A DNA stretch of 64,000 nucleotides from Candidatus Poriferihabitaceae bacterium (GTDB lineage: Bacteria; Pseudomonadota; Gammaproteobacteria; Arenicellales; Poriferihabitantaceae), in contig OZ243931.1 in assembly GCA_965214055.1 (NCBI GenBank), positions 2,671,380 through 2,735,379 of the forward strand. Reading direction: 5' to 3'. Position numbers and translations under genes: made by a program. The notes beneath the pieces were generated by a model, which worked only from the letters and a program-made list of their open reading frames with translations, ran no database searches and was not told the DNA's origin. Below are positions 18,957 to 27,607 of the stretch, piece by piece (the stretch's first letter is position 1; each line of letters opens with the position of its first letter).

Positions 18957-19307
18957 ATGACAAACAAACCACGACGTATTGGCCGCTATATTAAAAGTTC
19001 CGCTATCGCGGGAGAAACCTATTATTCCTATATTCCCCCGCCGTTGCGTTCACTTCTCCCTTTGAACATGGCTGGACTTTATCCGTTCCTGGGCCAGGCC
19101 AATATTGCCATCGGACGGTTGGATGGTATGAGCGCAACGATCAGGGACAGTTGCCATTTGTCCCTTCCAACCATCCTTAGAAGCGTCTCAGCTTTGGAAA
19201 GCCTGGATATTGTTCGGGAAATAACCGGCAGGGACCGGCATACAGTCTTTGTCCATGATCAGTTTCTTGGTCTTCTGCAATCGGGCACAGAACCCCGTTC
19301 ATCGTGA
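18957..19307 (+). pseudogene. Fic/DOC family protein with in-frame internal deletion (N-terminal segment fused to C-terminal winged-helix segment; catalytic core missing)
   Basis: 116 aa. RIGRYIKSSAIAGETYYSYIPPPL..LYPFLGQANIAIGRLDGMS matches Fic N-termini. LESLDIVREITGRDRHTVFVHDQFLGLL matches Fic C-terminal wHTH tails. No HxFx(D/E)GNGRxxR motif is present. Confidence 0.6.
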
Positions 19308-19418
19308 ACGGTGTCTGCTTCCCCGTGCATATTTTCGGCATTTTCAGTAACGACCAGCTCGCAACTACCGATTCCGTAAAAAAATAATCCCATTATTCGG
19401 GACTGCCTGGCGAGACCA

Positions 19419-21215
19419 ATGATCAACATAAAAATAAAAAACATGCTGGCTATCAATGAAGCGGATATCGACCTTGTTCCAGGAAAGGTAACCGGTATAA
19501 CCGGGTTGAATGCCACGGGAAAAACCTCCCTCGCGATCCTGACCGGCGCCCTCCTCACGGGAGAAGGGAATCCTGCGGGCGGAAAAGTCAAGCAGAAGAT
19601 TTACCTGCGGGACAACGCCGAGTTCGGGGAGGCCCTGTTCAGTACCGATGGCGAACTGGTCTCCCGATGGAACGCGGCATCCGGAGAAATGAGCGTTTTT
19701 GAATCCAATTTTCACCGGCCCTGTGCAGAAACGGTCAGCCTGGTCGATTTCTGCGGACAGATGACGCAACCCCAAAAGAATGCGTTGTGGGAAGGTCTGT
19801 TCCTGCCTCCTGCACACATTCTGAATGAGAAATTGGAGACCCAGCTGAAACCGCACATCCAGGCCCAACTGACACCACACATTCAGGCCGATACGCTGGA
19901 GGAACTCATGCGGATGGTTCGCGAAGAAGATATCGAGATTGTCTTCAAGATGTACCAGTCACGGGCCAGAAATAGCAAACGGGCGTGGACAAGGATCACG
20001 GGAGAGACGTGGGGACAGACAAAGGGTGCCGATTGGGTGCCCAAGACCTGGGTGTCTTCACTGAACGACGTTACTGTGCAGAAACTGGAGGAAAAACAGG
20101 CCTTTCAGCAGGGAATGCTACGATCCCTGCATGTCGATCAGGCGATTGCCCGTGGCGATGTGGAGCGGGGCAGGGAAGCCCTCGCGAAACTGGAGGAAAC
20201 GAGGGAAAGGCTGGACAAGTTGCGCGAGCGGGCGACCGAGCTGAAAACCAGTCTGGTTGAGCCGGGAGAGGAATACGTGGATATTTGTTCCCGGTTGACC
20301 GACGCCACTATCCGTTTGAAGCAAATCAGGTCCCGAGGAGCGAGCGGCTCAGGCAACCCCGTGCTGGAATGTCCGGTGTGTTCGTCCACATTGATTCAAT
20401 CCGACCACCGTTTGCTGGTTCATGACGGGGACGGTGAGGAGTTGCGGAAAAAGGCGTATGAACAGGAGCTCGTTAAATACCAGGAACAACGGGAAACCAT
20501 CGTTCAGGAGAAGAAGGACTGGGAGTTCACCTATCTCCCCATGCAACAGGAATTCGAGTCTGTTGTGAAGGAAGGGAAACGACTCAAGGCCGAAGTCGAT
20601 CATTTGCATGACCTGGCAAGACTGGCGCACGAAAACCCGGTTGAGTTGAAGAAGGATGATATTGAAAGGATGGAATTTAAAATCCAGGAGACCCAGGACC
20701 AGATCCGTATCGTGGAGTCCAGAGATGATGCACGGAGCATTCATGAGAATATCATCGCGTACCAGACCATCATGCAGATTGTGGGGCCAAAAGGTGTTCG
20801 GGCAACCTGCATGGAGGAGAACATGGAACTATTTGACGGAGTTCTGAAAATTATCAGTGACCTGACTGGTTGGCCCCGGGTCAAACTGGACCGCACGTAT
20901 TCGATCAGCATAGGCGGTCGTTCCTTTATCAAGTTGTGCGCCGAATCTGACCGGAGGAGGGCTCAGTTCACCCTGCAACTGGCCATTTCCCGGTTCACCC
21001 GTTCACTGGTGGTCATCCTGGATGAGGTAAACAACCTGGATGAGAAAAACCAGATGCATTTGGCGGACCTGATGGCGACTGTGTGTGGTCGAAACCAGCC
21101 TCCTGCATTCATGGTCTGCGGGAAGGAACTGGATCTGGCACACATCAATCCCGGTGGGATCAACTATAAAATGGTCAACGGTAAAGCTGTAAATTTCAAC
21201 GATGTGGCGACCTGA
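19419..21215 (+). CDS. Rad50/SbcC-like SMC-family ATPase with central CPVC zinc hook
   Basis: 598 aa. Walker A GLNATGKTS (residues 29-37). A heptad-rich, charged region at about residues 215-450 has CPVC at residues 318-321 (nt 20370-20381). The C-terminus carries a signature-like CAESDRRRAQFTLQLAI followed by Walker B VVILDE. No Mre11/SbcD partner gene is adjacent. Confidence 0.7.
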   Translation: MINIKIKNMLAINEADIDLVPGKVTGITGLNATGKTSLAILTGALLTGEGNPAGGKVKQKIYLRDNAEFGEALFSTDGELVSRWNAASGEMSVFESNFHRPCAETVSLVDFCGQMTQPQKNALWEGLFLPPAHILNEKLETQLKPHIQAQLTPHIQADTLEELMRMVREEDIEIVFKMYQSRARNSKRAWTRITGETWGQTKGADWVPKTWVSSLNDVTVQKLEEKQAFQQGMLRSLHVDQAIARGDVERGREALAKLEETRERLDKLRERATELKTSLVEPGEEYVDICSRLTDATIRLKQIRSRGASGSGNPVLECPVCSSTLIQSDHRLLVHDGDGEELRKKAYEQELVKYQEQRETIVQEKKDWEFTYLPMQQEFESVVKEGKRLKAEVDHLHDLARLAHENPVELKKDDIERMEFKIQETQDQIRIVESRDDARSIHENIIAYQTIMQIVGPKGVRATCMEENMELFDGVLKIISDLTGWPRVKLDRTYSISIGGRSFIKLCAESDRRRAQFTLQLAISRFTRSLVVILDEVNNLDEKNQMHLADLMATVCGRNQPPAFMVCGKELDLAHINPGGINYKMVNGKAVNFNDVAT

Positions 21216-21474
21216 GGCGGCCATGGGTTCCGGAAAAACAGTCATTGCCGGGAATCTGGCGTATTCCATGCGTGGAAATGGACACGAGATACTGATTTTT
21301 GTGCATCGAAGGGAATTGGTAAAGCAGTTCTACAGGACGCTGGAAAAAGCGGGTTTGCACTGGGCACCATCCAGATCGGGTTGGTTTTTTTTCTGGGACT
21401 GGCGCAAGACGGGGTGCCACCGCTTGGGCGCAGGTTTAAAAAATCAAGGACTGGAGAATCCGGTTATTCTGTGA
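21202..21474 (+). pseudogene. superfamily-2 (DEAD/DEAH-like) helicase, N-terminal stub only
   Basis: ..AMGSGKTVIAGNLAYSMRGNGHEILIFVHRRELVKQFYRTLEKAGL.. carries a helicase motif I followed by the typical HRRELxxQ. The frame then degenerates; a GTIQIGLV-like continuation is seen only in another frame. The locus ends at the MFS gene stop after fewer than 90 codons. Confidence 0.5.
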
Positions 21475-21487
21475 ATCATGGATACGG

Positions 21488-22804
21488 TCACTTCTGTTTG
21501 CCAGAAGAATCTTCGGAAGAGGACTCTTCCATGGCATGTTGTTGCATGCACTCGATGACAGAGCTGGACGGGTGCATGGCGGCCGGGGTAAATGACCCCT
21601 GTTTGGCCAATGGAGTCGCCGGGCGTTTTGCCATTCTGTACAGTGCGAACAGTCCGGTAATCAAGTGTGCACCGCCCATGCACCAGAAAAAAAAGTCATT
21701 CCCGTAAAAATCCATCAACGCGGCGACCACCACGGGGCCGATGATGGCTCCGATTCCACCCACAAGGACCAGGGTCCCGCTGGCTGCAATCATCTGCTTC
21801 GGCTCCAGGTGATCGTTGGTATGAGCAATACAGACGGAGTAAAGAGGCAGGGCCAGCCCGGCAAACAGGCCAACAGTGAGAAATTGCACGATGGTCGACT
21901 CATACTCTGCCCGGATACAGAGGTATGCGGCAGCGGAAGCCAGAAAAGCGACAACGGTCAGTACCAGCCGACGGTCAAACCGATCTGACAGTGCGCCGAT
22001 TGGCCATTGCAGCAATATGGTGCCCACCACGGCGGAGGCCATGAAGTAGGAAATTTCCTCGAGATTAAAGCCGAGACGCTGGCCATAAATGGGCCCCAGT
22101 GCAAAAAGAGTAGCGGTGACCAGGCCTTCGATAAACATGCAGACGATTCCCAGTGGGGAGATTCGGAAGAGTTCCTTCAGTTTCAGGCGAACGGACTCGT
22201 CGAACCCGGGGGTGTCGTTGGCGGAAAGTAGCAAGGGAACCACCGCAATGGAAATCAGTACGGAGGTCAGCACAAACAGCGGGTAGCCCCGGGGATCGGC
22301 GAGATTCAGGAACAGTTGTCCGATACCGACCCCCATATAAGTGACCACCATGTACAGGGACAACAGCTTTCCCCGGGTTTCGTTGGTGGCGCGATCATTG
22401 AGCCAGCTTTCTGCAACGACATAGAGCCCGGCAAAGCAGATGCCGCTCAGGAATCTCAATGCAATCCAGGCTGGAATTTCGACAAAGACAGCATGGACAA
22501 GAATGGTGGCGGACGCGAGTGCAGCCAGGGCCGCGAATACCCGGATATGTCCAACCAGAGTCATCACTCTGGGGGTCAGTATGGAACCACAAAGAAACCC
22601 CAGGTAAAACGAGGACATGATCATCCCGGTTACGGTTGCGCTGAAGCCTTCCTGGTCTGCACGGACCGCCAACAGGGTCCCCTGCAGGCCGTCTCCAAGC
22701 ATCAGGATTCCAAATCCCAGGAGTAATGCCCAGGATGACCGCAGTGCGGAGTTAAGACTGGATGGCGGTGAATTCATTCGTAGTTTGTCAAAAGACCGTT
22801 GCAT
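21488..22804 (-). CDS. MFS transporter (YcaD/YfkF-like)
   Basis: 438 aa, about 12 predicted hydrophobic segments, with N-terminus ..LLGFGILMLGDGLQGTLLAVRA... Confidence 0.85.
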   Translation of the reverse strand: MQRSFDKLRMNSPPSSLNSALRSSWALLLGFGILMLGDGLQGTLLAVRADQEGFSATVTGMIMSSFYLGFLCGSILTPRVMTLVGHIRVFAALAALASATILVHAVFVEIPAWIALRFLSGICFAGLYVVAESWLNDRATNETRGKLLSLYMVVTYMGVGIGQLFLNLADPRGYPLFVLTSVLISIAVVPLLLSANDTPGFDESVRLKLKELFRISPLGIVCMFIEGLVTATLFALGPIYGQRLGFNLEEISYFMASAVVGTILLQWPIGALSDRFDRRLVLTVVAFLASAAAYLCIRAEYESTIVQFLTVGLFAGLALPLYSVCIAHTNDHLEPKQMIAASGTLVLVGGIGAIIGPVVVAALMDFYGNDFFFWCMGGAHLITGLFALYRMAKRPATPLAKQGSFTPAAMHPSSSVIECMQQHAMEESSSEDSSGKQK

Positions 22805-23131
22805 GGGGTCCGGGAGTAAAGCTAGCCAACCCGTGAACCGGATTCCATTTGATTATCACGTTTGAGTGCAGACGCGTCAAACTACTTTGACCGGGGCTCC
22901 TGAATGGAAAGGGGACAGAACCGGATATGTCCGAATGCAGTGTCAGCCGGTGCCAACCCGCTGGAATGCAGCCATTTATACCCCCTTAAAACCGGTTTCC
23001 ATTTCATCCGAAACTGTGGGGAAATGGTAAAAAAGTTTATAATCCGCAATATCGTGAAGATCTGGCAGTAAAAGTCTGTTCCGAGTGCCAGTCACCCTTT
23101 GTCTGGTTGAAGCTGAAAATCAAGTACGAAA

Positions 23132-24136
23132 TTGAACATCAAAGCGCCACCCTTTCCCGAATCCTTGCCCCAGCCGTACCAGTGTTTTGAAGACGAAGTC
23201 CGGTACGACCCCGGGGTACATCTGGCCCCGGAATGGCCGGAACGCATCTGGACGCTGGAAGAGTTCGGGTACAGTCCCCGGGAAATCAGTCAATGCCCTT
23301 CCAATGTCGCGGTCACGTCCCCGTTTCGATTGTTTTCGGAGGAAGGCATCGAAGCGGTTTCCCGGGTGGTGAACCGTCTGAAAGCCGTCCGGTCATCCAT
23401 CAGTGGAAACCGGACCCCTTCCCATCTTGCAGGGGGGGTCTATCGGTCCCGGTTTCTCAGGGACCTGTGTGCATGTCCGGTGATCCTGGAGCACATGTCC
23501 TCCATCAGCGGGACCCGGCTTGGGCCGCACTCCCTGCCGTCCCAGCAACTCTATGTCAACTATTCTCCCGATGACATCACCCAGGCCGTGGATTCCTGGC
23601 ATTACGATGGAATCGGGTTTGATTATGTCGTGATGGTGACTGACCCGGGGAAGTTGAAAGGGGGGAATTTTGAATATTTTCAGGGGACCAAATACGAAGT
23701 GGCTGAAATGTTTGGTATGGCCGTGCATCAGGTCAGAGATGGAATCGTCGATGAACTGGATGAAAGCCGGGTAATCCAGACCCGGTTTCCACAGGCCGGA
23801 TATGCCATTTTCCAGCAGGGCAATATGGTGGTCCACCGTGCGGCCAGACTACTGGAGCCCGGGGACCGGATTACCATTGTACCGGGGCAGGTCGCGGAGG
23901 ATATTTCCTGTCCCGACCCGACCGCGATTCACGATATCGTTCATTACGGAGAACCGGGAATCAAAGCGGAACTGGCGCGCCACGGGGCCTGGCTTGCCCA
24001 GGGCAAACTTCAGCGCCTGATCCAAAACCAGGACATGTCGGAGAAGGAAGAAGAAATTATTGAACAGCTGAAACGCGCGGTGGCCGATGTCAATGCAGTG
24101 ATTGAACAGCTGGAACAGTCCGGGCCGTCAACCTGA
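23132..24136 (+). CDS. uncharacterised protein, possible Fe(II)/2-oxoglutarate-dependent oxygenase fold
   Basis: 334-aa ORF. The only possible start in frame is TTG at 23132. It has an HxD motif (WHYDGIG), then a distal His with Arg-x-Thr 11 residues later (VVHRAARLLEPGDRITIV), which is the classical 2OG-oxygenase facial triad plus 2OG-binding pattern. I recognise no closer family. Confidence 0.5.
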   Translation: MNIKAPPFPESLPQPYQCFEDEVRYDPGVHLAPEWPERIWTLEEFGYSPREISQCPSNVAVTSPFRLFSEEGIEAVSRVVNRLKAVRSSISGNRTPSHLAGGVYRSRFLRDLCACPVILEHMSSISGTRLGPHSLPSQQLYVNYSPDDITQAVDSWHYDGIGFDYVVMVTDPGKLKGGNFEYFQGTKYEVAEMFGMAVHQVRDGIVDELDESRVIQTRFPQAGYAIFQQGNMVVHRAARLLEPGDRITIVPGQVAEDISCPDPTAIHDIVHYGEPGIKAELARHGAWLAQGKLQRLIQNQDMSEKEEEIIEQLKRAVADVNAVIEQLEQSGPST

Positions 24137-24139
24137 AAA

Positions 24140-25732
24140 CTACCATTTGCACAGCATTTCGCTGCCGACATCCATATTGGGCGGGAATTCTGTCCCAAGC
24201 AGTTCCGACAGTTCACAGCGGATACTCCTGAAAGCCGGTTCGTAGTACAGGTTCCGGTGTTCATCCGGATCAGATTTCAGATGGAAAAGTTCTCCCCATT
24301 GTGACTGGTTGGGGTAAATCGTCAGGCGCCAGTCGAGGGTTTGGACGGTCTGGTTATAGACGTCATTGCGGACAGTTGGGTGATATTCGCCAAAAAGATA
24401 CTCCCGGATACCGGAATTCGCTCCCGCAAGAAGTGGGACCAGGGACTTCCCATCGGTGTTTTCCGGATCACAGGGAATCCCGGTGAGATCAAACATGGTT
24501 GGCACGATGTCGATATGGCTGGATAACGCGTGGGTGGTCTGGCCGGCACCGATCCCGGGCCCCGACATGATCAGGGAGATTTCAGTCAGTTGCCGATAGG
24601 GCGGCGGTCCTTTATGCAACAGGCCGTGGGTCCCCAGCAACTCTCCATGATCGGAAGTGAAGACCACAATCGTGTTATCGGCACGGCCCTGGTCTTCCAG
24701 TGCGCGCATGATTTTCCCCACCCCCTCGTCAATCATTTCAATCATCCCATAGGTATGCGCGATGGCCTGTTGCATGGACCGGTCGCTGATCTCTTCCGTG
24801 GTAATCATGGAACCCGCTTCATCATCGGTGGCTGCCCAGTAGAGTTCCCTGAAACCCTGGCCTTTTGGAAAGAGGTTGCGGTAGTAATCCGGAAGACGGT
24901 CCAGTTCTCCGGGGTCCGCCCGTGGCAAGGGCATCTCCGAGCAGGGGTAGCGGTCTGCGTATTCGGCAGGGGGAGCAAAGGGGTGATGGGGGTCCGGGTA
25001 GGAAACAAACAGAAAGAAAGGATGATAGGATTCAGCCTGTTCAATAAAGTGGACGGCCTGTCGGGTAATCCAGCTGTTGTAGTGGAGTTCTGCCGGGATG
25101 GCTGATTTCCATATCTCATCCAGGTCCTCAGGCGGGCGGGCTATCGCGGCGTCCACCTGTAACAGCTTGGCCGCTTCGGCATGATTTTCCTTCAGCCAGT
25201 TTGCATAATGTCCGGCAATGGCCGCGGTATCGGATTCGCCGAGGAGGAGGTCCAGGGTTTGAAACCCGTAATAAGGACCATTCCACTTACTCGAACGTTC
25301 GTTTTTCCAGAAAGCCCTGGAATCGGGCATGTTCAGTTCTGCCGGAGCGAGGAGGGGCTGCAAGTGCTGTTTGCCCACACTGTGGGTCGAATAGCCGCTC
25401 TTCGCCAGGTTTTCCGTGAGGGTGGGGATGGAAGGGTCCAGCGCCCGGCCATTGGTAATCAATCCGTGATTTCTGGGATACAGGCCCGTAAAGAGGGTGG
25501 CCCGGCTGGGTGAACAGATCTGCATCGGTGTGTGGTGCCTGGCAAAGCGGGTACCACTGGCGGCCAGGCGATCCAGATTGGGGGTGTTGACAGTTTCATT
25601 GCCGGAACAGCCCAGGCTGTCCGAGCGTTGCTGGTCCGTACAGATCCAGAGGATGTTGGGATGGGTCATGGCAGAAGAGTCGTGCATGGTATCAGTTGAA
25701 ATATCCGGCGGCGGTCGAATCGTTCCCGGCAT
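24140..25732 (-). CDS. sulfatase (Cys-type, formylglycine-dependent), apparently cytoplasmic
   Basis: 530 aa. PNILWICTDQQR, the CSPSRATLFTG (C-x-P-x-R) motif, and a later SDHGE motif. No signal peptide is visible at the N-terminus. Confidence 0.9.
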   Translation of the reverse strand: MPGTIRPPPDISTDTMHDSSAMTHPNILWICTDQQRSDSLGCSGNETVNTPNLDRLAASGTRFARHHTPMQICSPSRATLFTGLYPRNHGLITNGRALDPSIPTLTENLAKSGYSTHSVGKQHLQPLLAPAELNMPDSRAFWKNERSSKWNGPYYGFQTLDLLLGESDTAAIAGHYANWLKENHAEAAKLLQVDAAIARPPEDLDEIWKSAIPAELHYNSWITRQAVHFIEQAESYHPFFLFVSYPDPHHPFAPPAEYADRYPCSEMPLPRADPGELDRLPDYYRNLFPKGQGFRELYWAATDDEAGSMITTEEISDRSMQQAIAHTYGMIEMIDEGVGKIMRALEDQGRADNTIVVFTSDHGELLGTHGLLHKGPPPYRQLTEISLIMSGPGIGAGQTTHALSSHIDIVPTMFDLTGIPCDPENTDGKSLVPLLAGANSGIREYLFGEYHPTVRNDVYNQTVQTLDWRLTIYPNQSQWGELFHLKSDPDEHRNLYYEPAFRSIRCELSELLGTEFPPNMDVGSEMLCKW

Positions 25733-26162
25733 TTTCGCCGAATTCCTGCATCATGTCATCCACACAGAGTAGATGTTTTCATCGGCCGGGTTCCTTTCGG
25801 GTTTTCGGTTTCTTCCCCGGGGAGTTTATTTCGGTCCGGTTGGTTGCATCGGCACAGCTTGATGACTCCGCTGTCCCGGGTTATGGGCAGCGGGGAAGGA
25901 GAAAGGGGATGGCAGAAATTCATGATCTCGCCGCCTCCATGATATCATCAGGGCTTCAACCCAAAGCCTGTTCCGTTCCCCGCATCCACAGGGATGGTTG
26001 ATAGAGATGGTGCGGACTACCGGCGGGTGGCAGGACCCGATGATCAATGGTTGTTTGATGTTCCGGGTATGGAACCGCGGCGGGTCAAGCCGTTCCGATT
26101 CGGATGCGCGGTTCAATGCCAGGCCGAATTGGTACCGCCAATATCGACCCTGAGGAAAACCG

Positions 26163-26774
26163 ATGCCAATTCCCCTTCCAACAAACAGCCGAACCCCCAT
26201 TCTCCCGGGATGTGCCGTTGGTGTCCCGGTTTCAAGCGGGCAGCATGTACGCATCATCAATACTGAAGGAGGACAGGTTGTGGATACCTGGGCATTCAAT
26301 CTGTTGCAGACCGACGAATACTTGTCGATGGCCCACAGTCGCTCCGCGACGTACCATCTTTTTTTCCGGCCCGGAGACCAACTGGTCAGCAACCGCTTCA
26401 ATCCCATGGTGACAATACTCAGGGATTGTTCTCCAGGTGCACACGACACACTGCATGCGGCCTGCAGTGCCGGGAGTTACGCGTTCTTTGGAAGTTCCCA
26501 TTCCCAACCGAACTGCCACGACAACCTGATCAGGGTCATGGAGGATGCCGGCTATGAGTTGAAAACGGTTCCCTGCCCGTGGAACCTGTTTGAACAGACG
26601 GAGGTGGACGGGCAAATGAATCTGATCGATCGGCCGTCCCCGGCAGCAAAGGGGGACTATATTGAACTGAAAGCCGAGCAGGATATTCTGTTGGTCTGTT
26701 CTGCCTGTCCTTCCGTTATTGGAAAAATCAGCGGTGATTCACCCAGAGGAGCAGTGATTGAAATTCAAGGATGA
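26163..26774 (+). CDS. DUF1989 (urea-carboxylase-associated / carboxyguanidine-deiminase-like) family protein
   Basis: 203 aa. VSSGQHVRIINTEGGQVVDTWAF...EYLSMAHSR..HDTL.AAC..CHDNL pattern typical of DUF1989. Confidence 0.75.
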   Translation: MPIPLPTNSRTPILPGCAVGVPVSSGQHVRIINTEGGQVVDTWAFNLLQTDEYLSMAHSRSATYHLFFRPGDQLVSNRFNPMVTILRDCSPGAHDTLHAACSAGSYAFFGSSHSQPNCHDNLIRVMEDAGYELKTVPCPWNLFEQTEVDGQMNLIDRPSPAAKGDYIELKAEQDILLVCSACPSVIGKISGDSPRGAVIEIQG

Positions 26775-26815
26775 GGGGAAAATCCGCATAAACCGAGCCA
26801 TGGGGGTCATTCCGA

Positions 26816-27175
26816 TCAGGTCTTCCGATGACAGCGGGTTTTTCGGTCGAAGTAGGTGATGCATTCCAGAAAAACCCCCTCGTTTCCGGTTTTTACGAGT
26901 GCGGCCCCGCACAGGTCAGTGCCAATCAATTCCCACCACTCCCAATCCGTCAAGATGTCATTCCTGTCCTGCCTGACCTCATCGGTGAGTTTCCACTGGT
27001 TGTGGGCGCCTGCTGACCGGGTCCACCGGTCCCATCGGTGCATATAGTCGACCAGTCCTTCCCGGTTCACGGATGCCGGTTCGGCGGGGTCCTCGAATCG
27101 AAAATCCTCCCTGGTCGCCTGTAACAGCTTGTCTCCATCCAGTTCGTACCAGCCCTGGATGTAGGTTTCTCGCAT
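26816..27175 (-). CDS. SnoaL/NTF2-like small protein
   Basis: I placed the start at the internal Met (MRETYIQGWYELDGDKLLQATREDFRFEDP...), giving about 119 aa with the layout of NTF2-like proteins. The 90-codon upstream extension in the ORF track looks non-coding (basic, low complexity). Confidence 0.45.
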   Translation of the reverse strand: MRETYIQGWYELDGDKLLQATREDFRFEDPAEPASVNREGLVDYMHRWDRWTRSAGAHNQWKLTDEVRQDRNDILTDWEWWELIGTDLCGAALVKTGNEGVFLECITYFDRKTRCHRKT

Positions 27176-27607
27176 TTGATATCTGTCTGACAAATTCTGT
27201 CCATTCGGTCTGTTGCATAAAACAAGGGCTCCGGTGTCCGGTTTTTCAGGATCAATAAAATCGAACCCGGGCCCGGTTCCTGCGGTGTCTTCGATGTTCC
27301 CAGTGTACCCGGGAGTGCAGTCCAGGATAGAACGGCTCCTTCGAGACAATCCCTTTTTTCTCGACAGCCCCTGCACGGGTCGCCTGAATCCCGGCTTTGA
27401 TTCCGTCGCACCCGTTTTGAACCGTGTACCCCCGTATGATATCACGACCGGTTCAGGGCTCCCGTATCCGGTTCCTCAGAGGTTCCAGTGAATGATACGG
27501 GGTGGTCCTTACTTTCCAGCAAATCACCAGTCGGCGCTGAAACTGTCGAATGGAACCTGTCTTGTCGGGATGTCGGGAATCGTCAATTTCTTCGCGTCAG
27601 TGACTGA

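Larger units (their letters stand above)
18671..21480. mobile_element. decayed integrative element / prophage-like island (integrase remnant, Fic remnant, Rad50-like ATPase, helicase stub)
   Basis: It lies between the conserved ABC operon and the MFS gene and contains an AT-rich segment at 18860-18956. Three of its four recognisable genes are truncated or internally deleted. No flanking direct repeats or tRNA were found. Confidence 0.45.

Noticed and set aside
25826-26449. 207-aa minus-strand ORF spanning the sulfatase/DUF1989 intergenic region
   Set aside because: Its 3' half runs through the sulfatase/DUF1989 intergenic region and its 5' half overlaps the well-supported DUF1989 gene antisense. 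There is no motif and no sensible start context.
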